Below the pieces are notes generated by a model. That model had not been told where the DNA came from. It did not search any database and saw only the letters and a program-made list of their open reading frames with translations. A DNA stretch of 64,000 bases, taken from positions 17,559-81,558 of the IMG/VR virus record IMGVR_UViG_3300021256_000089; one strand, given 5' to 3'. The translations under genes and the position numbers were made by a program. This document shows positions 18,254 to 27,123 of the stretch, in pieces. Origin of the DNA: a virus. Taxonomy: Duplodnaviria; Caudoviricetes. Numbering within the stretch: the stretch's first letter is position 1; the number at the start of each line of letters is the position of its first letter.

Positions 18254-18979
18254 TTAAAATTCGAAATACATAATGTACCAATTACCTATTGACTCTGTAT
18301 GATCCTCACCCGGGTCGTCAAAGCCACCGGTACATATCGAAAATTCATACATAGTTATTGATGATAAATAGGAACCATCAAAAGTACAAGAAAATTTAGC
18401 TCGGTAAATAGAGGAATCGAGTTCACAAGAATAGGCGACGAAATCCGAAGGATCAAAAGTCATAACCATCCAAAAGTCGCCGTCTGTATAATATTGAAGA
18501 TATATACAAAAAGAATTTCTAGTAGGAGGATGAAAATCTTCTTCGAACCATTCTTGATTACGAATTGTTACTTCCTCATCGCCATGTCCATAAATCACCT
18601 TTTTAGGTCTGCCCTTATGAATATTATTAATTGCATTTACAAATCCAGTCGGAAATGAAAGCTTCCCTGTTGTTTCAGTTTTTTCGCGAATAGCATCTGC
18701 AACAGCAGTTAAAGACTGATCGTTTGCGATGTATTTTTTAGGTTTTGGAATTTCTTCCCAGATTGCGTATTGTGTTTCACCCGCAGGGTATCCCGGCGCA
18801 AATCCAGAACCTGTTCCATCTCGATACATGTTCCATTCTTTAAAAGTATAACCAGTTGGTGCATCCCAGCCAAGTGTTTCTATGGAAACCGAAGGCTCAC
18901 CTGTCATACCGTGGTTATCGTCGTATACTGTATCATCGCTCGTGTAGTTACGATAATATGTTGCTGGTAATCCTGCCAT
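18254..18979 (-). CDS. Tail protein with InlB B-repeat-like N-terminus and variable AT-rich C-terminus
   Basis: PTGYTFKEWN...DGTG..F.PG......YAIW; then SLTAVADAIREKT......SFPTGFVNAI anchor motif. Confidence 0.65.
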   Translation of the reverse strand: MAGLPATYYRNYTSDDTVYDDNHGMTGEPSVSIETLGWDAPTGYTFKEWNMYRDGTGSGFAPGYPAGETQYAIWEEIPKPKKYIANDQSLTAVADAIREKTETTGKLSFPTGFVNAINNIHKGRPKKVIYGHGDEEVTIRNQEWFEEDFHPPTRNSFCIYLQYYTDGDFWMVMTFDPSDFVAYSCELDSSIYRAKFSCTFDGSYLSSITMYEFSICTGGFDDPGEDHTESIGNWYIMYFEF

Positions 18980-19962
18980 CAGAAACTCGCCTCCTCTGCT
19001 GCTAACAGCTCATAATCAAAGAGGGCGTCAATTTCTTCAATTGTAGCATACGGATCAGAGTCTCCCCCGCCACTGCCAAAGACTTCCCACTCGCTTCCGT
19101 TCCATGTGTACTTCTTTTCTTCATCTTCAACGAGATACACATGGCCAACAGCCTGTCCGGAAGAAGGCAGCGCAGTCTTTGTGGCTACGCTGCCTTTGTA
19201 AACATATGCATTCTGGACAGCAGAGTCTGCCCAAATAAGCGTATTGTTGCTCACTGTCAACACTTGTCCGTTATGTGACGCACTGTGCGCAGGGAGTCTC
19301 TCGATGGAATCAATTTGTTCCTGAAGAGGATTAAGTGTTTTCCAGTGTTCGGCATCCCATGCTTCAGCGGTCGCAATGTCAACTGTGCACTCCCAGATGT
19401 TAAAATCATGGCGCACACGATCTCCAATAGTATATGTTTCCGAAGCACTATAAACTGGATAATCAGCAATAACATTTTGAACGATACTATTCAATGAGGC
19501 TGGAACTAACGCAAATGAGGTTCCTGTGCTGGTAGCAGAATTAGACAGTTTTGTTACACCATAATAAGTAGTAGTAGCAATAGCACCATCTAAAATGAGG
19601 AAATATGATTTATCGTATAGTAGCGGGATAGTTTCGCCTGCTATCCATTCATATCGTGCAGCGTCGCCTGCAGTTGAACGTCTAATGCTGTGCGCTCCCA
19701 AATTATTGATGTTCAAAGTGGGTACTCCATTATAAGTCTGAGCTGCAGTAAAAGTAATGAGAAACAAGTCTCCTTCTTGCAATTTCGTCAAATCGGCAAT
19801 CGTAACGGTTTTTGATCCTGTTGATGCAGCCGTACTACACGTACCGTGCCAGATACGCACAGAGCCAATACCAGCTCTCGCTGTCTCGTCTTTGATTTCA
19901 TATACTTTACTGTTCGGCAACTCGATTCGACTGATGTTGCCATCGGAGGGTTCACTTGCCAT
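18979..19962 (-). CDS. Multi-module tail fibre/adhesin (fibre repeat plus CBM5/12-like modules)
   Basis: YEIKDETAR start; ATTTYYGVTKLS; YSASETYTIGDRVRH...WEC; YKGSVAT..ALP....G.VY.V....Y.WNG.EW. Confidence 0.65.
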   Translation of the reverse strand: MASEPSDGNISRIELPNSKVYEIKDETARAGIGSVRIWHGTCSTAASTGSKTVTIADLTKLQEGDLFLITFTAAQTYNGVPTLNINNLGAHSIRRSTAGDAARYEWIAGETIPLLYDKSYFLILDGAIATTTYYGVTKLSNSATSTGTSFALVPASLNSIVQNVIADYPVYSASETYTIGDRVRHDFNIWECTVDIATAEAWDAEHWKTLNPLQEQIDSIERLPAHSASHNGQVLTVSNNTLIWADSAVQNAYVYKGSVATKTALPSSGQAVGHVYLVEDEEKKYTWNGSEWEVFGSGGGDSDPYATIEEIDALFDYELLAAEEASF

Positions 19963-19978
19963 TTAAAGCCCTCCTTTT

Positions 19979-20938
19979 TTACGATACTTCAACCTGTGCC
20001 TGCGTACCAGTAAATGTCGGCTTACTGACAGTTCCTTCAGGTGTGCCGCTTACGCTCACGCTACCCTCGGACCCTGTAAAGGTCGGCTGACTTACAGTGC
20101 CGGCAGGTGTAAACTTGCCACTCGCGGACATCGTTGTACCGCTGAACTTCAGGTTCACACCATCGCCAGTGAATGTAGGCTGAGAAGCAGTCGCACTGTC
20201 GATGCCAGTCACGATCGTCTTGCTTGTAAATGAAGGCAGCGTCACAGCCGTTGGCGTGTTGGCGGTAAAGCTTCCGTTCGTCCAGCTGATTGTCAGCGTT
20301 TCATTGGCCACGCTCGTCGTCAACACAGGCATCGTCGCAGAAGCGGCTGTACCAGCGGTCACCGCACCACCACCCGTAGCGGAAGATGCGACATAGCCAG
20401 TCGAACTTTCAGGGGTCACTGTAATCACAGGTGTAGACACTGTGCCGCCCGGAGTATAGTTCGCGCTGCCCGTGCCGACATTGATCGTTCCGGTCGGCGT
20501 ACCGCTCACGCTGACGTTGCCCTCAGTCCCCGTAAATGTAGGCTTGCTGACAGTTCCCGCAGGCGTAAACTCGCCGCTGGAAGTCATCGCAGTTCCCGTA
20601 AACGTAGGCTGGCTCACAGAACCAGCGGGCGTAAAGTTTCCGGTCGCGCTATCCTTGTAGGCCAGAGCGCCAAGCCCAGTCGTATCGCCGAACTCGTGCC
20701 ACGCGCTGTCGGAGTTAGAATAAACAAATTCCTTGTTATTGTAGATGGCAATACCGCCATTGACAGCGGAGATCGTCTTGCCACCGACAATGATCTCAGT
20801 CGCCTGAGAACCGTCGGTGAGTTCAGTTGTAGTCACACCAAGGAATGATGTGCCGCCAGCAATCGCTTCACGGGCAGTAGCGTCCTTGATGTCATAAGTC
20901 GTGCCAGAAGGCAGCGTAATCCTGCTAATATCAGGCAT
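19979..20938 (-). CDS. Thr/Gly-rich virion protein with TPxGxVSxPTFTG repeats
   Basis: At least 5 TPxG(S/T)VS(Q/K/T)P(T/V) repeats; YDIKDATAR N-terminus; AAGGAG RBS favours ATG 20938. Confidence 0.7.
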   Translation of the reverse strand: MPDISRITLPSGTTYDIKDATAREAIAGGTSFLGVTTTELTDGSQATEIIVGGKTISAVNGGIAIYNNKEFVYSNSDSAWHEFGDTTGLGALAYKDSATGNFTPAGSVSQPTFTGTAMTSSGEFTPAGTVSKPTFTGTEGNVSVSGTPTGTINVGTGSANYTPGGTVSTPVITVTPESSTGYVASSATGGGAVTAGTAASATMPVLTTSVANETLTISWTNGSFTANTPTAVTLPSFTSKTIVTGIDSATASQPTFTGDGVNLKFSGTTMSASGKFTPAGTVSQPTFTGSEGSVSVSGTPEGTVSKPTFTGTQAQVEVS

Positions 20939-20950
20939 TGATATCACTCC

Positions 20951-21487
20951 TTAGTTTCTTGTAAAGACAAGGGTTTCTCCCTGTGTCTCGTAATTCAGCT
21001 TTGCGTTCCAGAAGGCTTTCTCTTCCGGCGTAACGTGTATATCCGTATTGTTCACATGATTGTTTAGCACGTCAACAATTTGATCTGTTACGTCATCGCC
21101 AAGGAAAGGCAAGTCGACAACATAAGCGCTGCCGTCACCAATCTTGATGCCGGGATAAGCAACACCGTCGATGACTGTGCGATCGGTGTAGATAACCATC
21201 TCGCCAGCATCCGGCACGTAATCGCGATGCTCATTCCAATAAGAAGTTGGATGCACGTCCATCGCTTCGATCGTTGTCTCGATCACAATGTCTTCGCTGC
21301 CATCAAAATAAGCCTGCCCGGACACAGCGCCATGCAGACCGATGGTCCTGCCCGTTGTCAGCTTATCAGCCGTCAGAGCACGGAGTGCGAGATTGGCAAC
21401 CGTTGAACCGCCAAGGTTCAGCTTCAGCGGATCTCCCTTGAGATTCAATTTCAGCTTGTCAGGATCTTTCAATACAAGATTCGGCAT
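20951..21487 (-). CDS. Tail fibre protein with hyaluronidase/Mtd N-terminal-like domain
   Basis: LTTGRTIGL.G.VSG...FDGS.DI.I; W......VP.AGE.VIY.D.......IKIGDG......LPF. Confidence 0.65.
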   Translation of the reverse strand: MPNLVLKDPDKLKLNLKGDPLKLNLGGSTVANLALRALTADKLTTGRTIGLHGAVSGQAYFDGSEDIVIETTIEAMDVHPTSYWNEHRDYVPDAGEMVIYTDRTVIDGVAYPGIKIGDGSAYVVDLPFLGDDVTDQIVDVLNNHVNNTDIHVTPEEKAFWNAKLNYETQGETLVFTRN

Positions 21488-21822
21488 CAGACGCTCACCT
21501 CGTTCTCCGCATGCGTAATTTCGGAGTTCAGGATGAAGCTGCCAACGAACGTCTTTTTAATCGACGGGCCTACGAGTTCAATGTCGAACTGATAGTAGCC
21601 GAACGCCAGATGATCAGTGTCTTCCGGCTGAATCGTGAATGCGAACTCATCGTCTGCAACCTTGACGATCGTGCCGTCTCCAAGACGTTTCTGGAACAGC
21701 GGCTTCTTGTCGTACCGCGTTCTCTTGACGGTAAAATAGATCTCCGTCAGTTCGGGGATGACGTCGGCCTCGATCGTAAAACTCTGTACCATCAGGTCGC
21801 CTCTTGCCATCTCAATCTTCAT
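21487..21822 (-). CDS. BppU N-terminal-like Ig-fold baseplate protein
   Basis: RGD.....F.......IYFTVK......LFQK......I......FTIQPEDT..L..GYY.FDIE pattern. Confidence 0.6.
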   Translation of the reverse strand: MKIEMARGDLMVQSFTIEADVIPELTEIYFTVKRTRYDKKPLFQKRLGDGTIVKVADDEFAFTIQPEDTDHLAFGYYQFDIELVGPSIKKTFVGSFILNSEITHAENEVSV

Positions 21823-21837
21823 CGCTATCCCTCCTTC

Positions 21838-22065
21838 TCATCTGAATTGAGCGCCATAGACCGTCCCCGTCACCGTCACGTTGTTGAATGTAGGTGTGGC
21901 GGTTGTCGTAAGATCGGTCTGTGCATTGGTCAGGTTCGTGTATTCTTCCTGTGTAAAGTTATTGGATGACAGCCCTTTCCCGGCTTCCTTGTCCTGCTTC
22001 CCGTTCAGAAGCCTCTGGAAGACATTGCGGAAAGCTGTCAGCCCGGTTAAGTCAAGAGCTTTCAT
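21838..22065 (-). CDS. KxDKxxGKGLS mini-protein (75 aa)
   Basis: LNGKQDKEAGKGLSSNNFT...LTTTATPTF. Confidence 0.75.
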   Translation of the reverse strand: MKALDLTGLTAFRNVFQRLLNGKQDKEAGKGLSSNNFTQEEYTNLTNAQTDLTTTATPTFNNVTVTGTVYGAQFR

Positions 22066-22077
22066 CGTATCACGCCC

Positions 22078-22554
22078 TTACAAAAATTTCAAGTTGTCAA
22101 TATAGCCGTTGACTGTCAGATCCTCAAATGTCGGAGAATCGGTTGTAGCTAGCGGCTGCATGTGGACGAGCTTTGATTTCTCGGAATCTGTCAGATCATT
22201 TGTTGATAGTCCCTTGCCAGTCTCCTTGTCCTGTTTGCGTGAAAGCCTGCCGCGAATCAGCTTGCACAGCGTCCGCAGGCCGCTCTCATCCAGCAGGTTC
22301 GGATGCTGGATCTCGTGTGTCCAGATCGCGTAGTGGTATCCTTCGCTGACATCGACCACGTCTCCGATCGCATAAGAAGTGCCACTGCCGTCACGTGCCG
22401 TGTTCCAAGATTGTAAAATATACCCGGCAGGAACTCCGGGGATTTCTGTTGCATCCGGGAACACGAATGTTATAGCATCTACGCGGACGGCATGCACAAG
22501 AACCATGTCATCTGGTGTAAGGTTTCGATAAACTACTGGTGTATCCGCAGCCAT
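22078..22554 (-). CDS. InlB B-repeat-like domain fused to KxDKxxGKGLS module
   Basis: PAGYILQSWNTARDGSGTSY..GD......YAIW; KQDKETGKGLSTNDLT..EK.KL...LATTDSPTF. Confidence 0.7.
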   Translation of the reverse strand: MAADTPVVYRNLTPDDMVLVHAVRVDAITFVFPDATEIPGVPAGYILQSWNTARDGSGTSYAIGDVVDVSEGYHYAIWTHEIQHPNLLDESGLRTLCKLIRGRLSRKQDKETGKGLSTNDLTDSEKSKLVHMQPLATTDSPTFEDLTVNGYIDNLKFL

Positions 22555-22565
22555 TCAATCACCCC

Positions 22566-22796
22566 TTACTGGAAGTCGACCGCGTTCAGCGTTCCTGTCA
22601 GATTAAGTCCGCTGAATGTCGGATGCCCCGTCAGGTCTTCCTGCATGCCGGCCAGCTTGTTTTTCTCCGCATCTGTAAAGTCAACATCAGACAATCCTTT
22701 GCCGTCAATTTTGTCAACCTTCGTTCTGAGCTGCTTGTGGATCAGGCTGCATATCACATGAAGCGCACGTGGGTTTACATATGTGTGTTGAATCAT
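22566..22796 (-). CDS. KxDKxxGKGLS mini-protein (76 aa)
   Basis: KVDKIDGKGLSDVDFTDAEKNKLAGMQEDLT.HPTF. Confidence 0.75.
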   Translation of the reverse strand: MIQHTYVNPRALHVICSLIHKQLRTKVDKIDGKGLSDVDFTDAEKNKLAGMQEDLTGHPTFSGLNLTGTLNAVDFQ

Positions 22797-22888
22797 ATGT
22801 CTTCACCTTCAATTATTTTACGAAGCAGATTTACTGTCACCACAATCTGAGGATCTGTGCATTGCCATGACTTTGTTACTGTTGCCAT
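22793..22888 (-). CDS. 31-aa micro-ORF
   Basis: AAGGGGTG RBS; MATVTKSWQCTDPQIVVTVNLLRKIIEGEDI; ATGA overlap with next gene; not in ORF track. Confidence 0.45.
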   Translation of the reverse strand: MATVTKSWQCTDPQIVVTVNLLRKIIEGEDI

Positions 22889-22900
22889 TCACGTCACCCC

Positions 22901-23584
22901 TTACGGTGTGTCGTCGACAACATCATCCACATCGGATGTAGTCGCGTAATCAAGCTCACCAGCAAGGTCATCCCATGCGGTTCCGGTCCACACATAGTTC
23001 GATCCGGTATCCGCAACATTGTAGACCCAGCCGGGTACAACCGTTGTGGGCAGATCAGCATATGTCGCCACAGATCCCTTGTACACCATGACATCGGTCA
23101 CTTCTGTCGGGATAATGTATCCAGCTTCCTCAAAAATGTTGATGATCTCCTGATCTGTCAGCGGTACAAAATAGTATTCAGCCGCCTCTGCAGCCGCAGC
23201 CTCTGCCGCAGCTTGCGCCGTCTCAGCTGCGGTTTGCGCAGCCTGTGCTGCCACCTTGGAAGCGTTGGCGTTATTCGCGCTTGTTGCCGCGTTTGTGGCG
23301 CTTGTGGCAGCTTCGGATGCCTTCGCGCTTGCTGTCGACGCGGACCCGGCAGCTTCGCTTGCCTTCGCGCTGGCTGTTGTGGCAGAAGCGGCAGCATTGC
23401 TAGCATAAGTTGCTGCATTTGTTGCCGCGTTTGTCGCCGTATTTGCAGTTGCGGTTACCTGTGTTGCCGCATTATTGATTGCGTTAATAACGCCGCTCTG
23501 GTTTTGCTGGATACCTACAATAGCCGTACGAATGTCTTCGCCTTTGTTTTCTGTGAGCAGCCTTTTAGGACCGATTTCACTCAT
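22901..23584 (-). CDS. Ala-rich coiled-coil fibre stalk with C-terminal YKGSV..Y..LP module
   Basis: ASTASAKASEAA repeats; YKGSVATYADLP.....GWVYNV......YVWTG..WD. Confidence 0.7.
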   Translation of the reverse strand: MSEIGPKRLLTENKGEDIRTAIVGIQQNQSGVINAINNAATQVTATANTATNAATNAATYASNAAASATTASAKASEAAGSASTASAKASEAATSATNAATSANNANASKVAAQAAQTAAETAQAAAEAAAAEAAEYYFVPLTDQEIINIFEEAGYIIPTEVTDVMVYKGSVATYADLPTTVVPGWVYNVADTGSNYVWTGTAWDDLAGELDYATTSDVDDVVDDTP

Positions 23585-23862
23585 GCGCCTGTCGCCTCCT
23601 TATATGCAAGCTCGTTACGAATTCGCGCAATCGCTTGCGGTATATAAGTTGTCATTTCTTGAATTAACTCGTCCTGAAAGCCTGCCTGCAGATCATCTGC
23701 TAGATTCGCAGCCGCTTTCGCGATTTCTTCCTCGATGTCATAAATGCCTTGCTGCTTGAGGTTTTCGATTTCTTCATTTGATAAAATGCCGGAGATAGCC
23801 TGACGCAGCGCATCTTCGACATAGCTTGTAAACATTTCCCAATTACGTTCCACCAGACTCAT
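23581..23862 (-). CDS. Hypothetical acidic helical protein
   Basis: Overlaps both neighbours in the operon. Confidence 0.6.
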   Translation of the reverse strand: MSLVERNWEMFTSYVEDALRQAISGILSNEEIENLKQQGIYDIEEEIAKAAANLADDLQAGFQDELIQEMTTYIPQAIARIRNELAYKEATGA

Positions 23863-26167
23863 CCCCTTCCGGATTCTTTAATTTCTTTTCGATATAATCA
23901 TCGATCCTTTTTCGCAAGTCGTTTCGGAGTCGTTGTTTCAATGTGAGCATTTCAAGCTTAATAATAGATCCTACGGCCGCTGTGGCTTGTGCGATTGGAT
24001 TCGACTGGCTGGTTTTTAGATTGGCGATCGCTTCTTTGATGGCTTCACCTTTGACGTCTGTCATAATCCGTACAGTGGCCAAATGGTCACTTTCTGTCCA
24101 ATTGTCTGGATCTTCCCATCCTACCGGTTTTGTTTCGTTTTCAAGTACCTGCGCGACGTATCCAGCCTCGTCAACAAAAAGACCCGTTTTCATAAAGTCT
24201 TTCATTGCTTCGATTTCTTCTTCCGTAAGCGGCAATCCTTTTGTCATTAGCTGTACAGTATTCGTAAAACCACTGTATTCACCATAGCTGTCTACTGCCC
24301 GTACACGCCACTCTTGAATATCGCCAGCAGATGAAGGAATTGGAATCGTTGCATCGTACATGTATTTATTCTCCTGGTCGTCCCATGTAGGATCAGAAGT
24401 TAAGCGAATTGTTTCCCATGCACCCCATCTGCTTTTTTCGTAAATGCGTGTCTGTATCTCGTATTGCAGATCACTGTCATTATCGATATCTGTAGCGGCG
24501 TTCCATGATAAAGTAGCGGTATATGAAGAAGGATTCTCGCTTCTTTTAGCGACAATTGACTTACTTTCTTTATAAGTAAGTTGCAAGCTCATTGCCGCAC
24601 TGCCGGTAAATGCTGGCGGTGTGTTGCGTATAATTGTAGCCGTTCCAGCAAAGGAGCTTTTATAATCATAGCTGTCGACAGCTTGCACTTCGTAAACCTG
24701 TTTGTATCCCGGGACCGACACGGTCGGAGTAACGGGCGAAGCATATACGTAGCTCTGTGGCATAAAGCTAACACTTGCGCCCATTTCTTCCCAGTTTGTT
24801 ATTGCCTGATCATTTGCGTCGAGAATACGTGTCCGCAACCGATAAGACGTACTTGATGGAAGGCCATTCGTATGAAAACAGATATACACTCGTCCGCTAG
24901 CCCACAACTTGGTTGTATCGTAAGCTGTCTGTAATTCGTTTTCCCTCAAGAAACCTTTCATGATTGGAGCTGCCGGGTTCTGGTGTTGATGCAGTTCACC
25001 GTAACCATCCTTAATTTCCGACCAATCGGACCACACACCTTCATCGTCCATGGCTCTGATTTGATAATATTTTGGAGCATGCATGATTTCAGCATGTGAG
25101 CTGATCGGTACATAATACGGTGCCTTACGCGTGAACCCGAGTGTACGCCAATTGGATGGGTCGCTGCCTCCAGTATTACTGTATCTAATCTCGTATTGAA
25201 CCACTGCAGGGAAAATACTCTTGCTTTCACTATATGGTTTCTTCGAGATTGTAGAATCAGGATCAATAGCCTCATCCCAGATAATAATGATCGGTCCGTT
25301 TAGATAATCCTTAGGCAGGATCTGAACCTTGGTCGGTGCTCCAGGCACCTGATTTTTAAAGACCGTCCCGTATTCGAAGCTTGTCAGCAATTGAGAGCTT
25401 TTCTTTAATGTATCTGGATGTTCGGTATCGCTTAATGTCTGTACTGCATATCGTCTCTTCTGGCCTCGAGTCGCAGGAGGCACGACTGTACACGAGCCGG
25501 AACCCTTCTTTGTCTTGACAATTTTATAAGATACCCATCCGGAAATACCAGACGGATACTCTTTCTTTTCCATATCGTAATCTTTGTACCAGATCCGGTA
25601 GCCAGCAATCTTTTTGTCACTACTTCCTGTTGCCCCGCTCCAGTGCAATTCGGTTTCCGTTTCGACACACCACTTTGTTACGCTGTAATCTGTAGGCGGG
25701 GCGAAAGTTGCAGCCGGACTGCCATCTGTCCATTTAACGGTAAGTTCAGCCGTGAAGGCTACGGTTGTTGTAGATATCGTAACAGAACGATCAAGCATAG
25801 TCGGAGAAGAACCGCTGCTCCCACCAGAACCTCCTGTTGGCGTGCTACCGACACCATATGAGAAAAACATCTTCAAGTTAAATGAAGATTGTTTCGAATC
25901 CGTGTTGATATATTTTCGAACGTCGATTGTCGTCTCGGCTCCCAATGAGCTGACTGTTACAAGCTCTCCGGACGCAGTCATAGCGCGTAGCAACGCTCCG
26001 GATTTTGGTGTGCCTGTAATTGTTACAACCAATTTGGCGGAAGTAATTTCCGCGTCTTTGACGATTGGCGTATTATATGATGCTTTCTGAGACGACTCGA
26101 CTGTGTTCCCTTTTTTTACATTGATTGCCCACTCGCTCCAGGAGGCTTTGCTTGTATGTGTAGCCAT
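23843..26167 (-). CDS. Tail protein with fibronectin-III-like domains
   Basis: Several W..A.D.D....YEI.......W.......Y.VRA.D..G.YS segments; GGAGG RBS. Confidence 0.7.
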   Translation of the reverse strand: MATHTSKASWSEWAINVKKGNTVESSQKASYNTPIVKDAEITSAKLVVTITGTPKSGALLRAMTASGELVTVSSLGAETTIDVRKYINTDSKQSSFNLKMFFSYGVGSTPTGGSGGSSGSSPTMLDRSVTISTTTVAFTAELTVKWTDGSPAATFAPPTDYSVTKWCVETETELHWSGATGSSDKKIAGYRIWYKDYDMEKKEYPSGISGWVSYKIVKTKKGSGSCTVVPPATRGQKRRYAVQTLSDTEHPDTLKKSSQLLTSFEYGTVFKNQVPGAPTKVQILPKDYLNGPIIIIWDEAIDPDSTISKKPYSESKSIFPAVVQYEIRYSNTGGSDPSNWRTLGFTRKAPYYVPISSHAEIMHAPKYYQIRAMDDEGVWSDWSEIKDGYGELHQHQNPAAPIMKGFLRENELQTAYDTTKLWASGRVYICFHTNGLPSSTSYRLRTRILDANDQAITNWEEMGASVSFMPQSYVYASPVTPTVSVPGYKQVYEVQAVDSYDYKSSFAGTATIIRNTPPAFTGSAAMSLQLTYKESKSIVAKRSENPSSYTATLSWNAATDIDNDSDLQYEIQTRIYEKSRWGAWETIRLTSDPTWDDQENKYMYDATIPIPSSAGDIQEWRVRAVDSYGEYSGFTNTVQLMTKGLPLTEEEIEAMKDFMKTGLFVDEAGYVAQVLENETKPVGWEDPDNWTESDHLATVRIMTDVKGEAIKEAIANLKTSQSNPIAQATAAVGSIIKLEMLTLKQRLRNDLRKRIDDYIEKKLKNPEGDESGGT

Positions 26168-26686
26168 TTAGCCACCTCCTGTTTCTTGATGCAATTGTTC
26201 GTCGATTGTATCCGTCAGCTGCGCGAATAAGGTCGACTCAATATCGTAGATAAAGCTGCCTGGTTTCAGGTTTTCACTCGGCCAGCTTTCTTCTGTATCG
26301 TTCTCTGTCTGTGTTTGTGACTGATTCTGATCATCGGTCTCGGGTGTAGACAGGTCTACATCCCAAATTTCCTTAATCATTGTTTTGCGTAGATGCTCGA
26401 CAATTGTTTCAAGTCCTGTTTGCAGAGCTTTATAGTCAGTGATAGCATCTTCAATTTCTTTGCCGATAACATCTGAAGCCATGCGCTGCGTCGCTTTCGT
26501 CACGTCGACGCCATAGCTCGTATAATGATCACCCTTGACTGTCTGGGCAATATATCCGTCAGGACCAACGTAAAAACCGAGAGAGGCGGGGTCCCTGTGA
26601 ATTACACCGTCGGCTGTGCTGTCGACAGACCACATGCTGTCTCCGGTATCGATTACTTTATAGGGCACAGAAACCCCACCTCCCAT
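26168..26686 (-). CDS. Hypothetical tail-associated protein
   Basis: LGFYVGPDGYIAQ motif shared with the downstream gene. Confidence 0.6.
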   Translation of the reverse strand: MGGGVSVPYKVIDTGDSMWSVDSTADGVIHRDPASLGFYVGPDGYIAQTVKGDHYTSYGVDVTKATQRMASDVIGKEIEDAITDYKALQTGLETIVEHLRKTMIKEIWDVDLSTPETDDQNQSQTQTENDTEESWPSENLKPGSFIYDIESTLFAQLTDTIDEQLHQETGGG

Positions 26687-26688
26687 TG

Positions 26689-27111
26689 TTATTCAATAAA
26701 GTTGATAAAGCCTTCCAGCCTTGTCATGTCGACGAGCGTCAGCTTCACATCTCCGACGCTGTTAAGCCTGAGATCAATCGGCTTGAAATCGATCTCAGCT
26801 TCCTGTTCACCAAGCTCGTTAACTTCGTTTGCGAAGCCTGTCATGCGCCGCATCACGTCGGCACGGTCTTCGTCTGTTTGATTTGCACTAGTCAAGTCTG
26901 TATTTTGCTTCGAGAAATCGACTCTGCCATCTTCCTTGACAACTCCTCCATACTTTTGAAGAAGCTTTTTTTCAAGTTCAATTTGGCTATTGACTAGCGG
27001 TTCTAATTGTTTAAGCAAAAGAGAAAGACGGTATGCTGCTGCAATCGGCAGCTCGCTGTCTTTCAGCTTCGCAAGAGTCTGATAAGCAGATGTAATCTGT
27101 TTCTGTTTCAT
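26689..27111 (-). CDS. Hypothetical protein following tail tip gene
   Basis: Small helical protein (LPIAAAYRLS.LLK.LE..V...IELEKKLL.KYG) of a type common after tail spikes. Confidence 0.6.
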   Translation of the reverse strand: MKQKQITSAYQTLAKLKDSELPIAAAYRLSLLLKQLEPLVNSQIELEKKLLQKYGGVVKEDGRVDFSKQNTDLTSANQTDEDRADVMRRMTGFANEVNELGEQEAEIDFKPIDLRLNSVGDVKLTLVDMTRLEGFINFIE

Positions 27112-27123
27112 TTCCTTACCCCT

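Noticed and set aside
6271-27111. Invertible tail-fibre shufflon
   Set aside because: All fibre genes and shared repeats are in direct orientation, and there is no invertase near them
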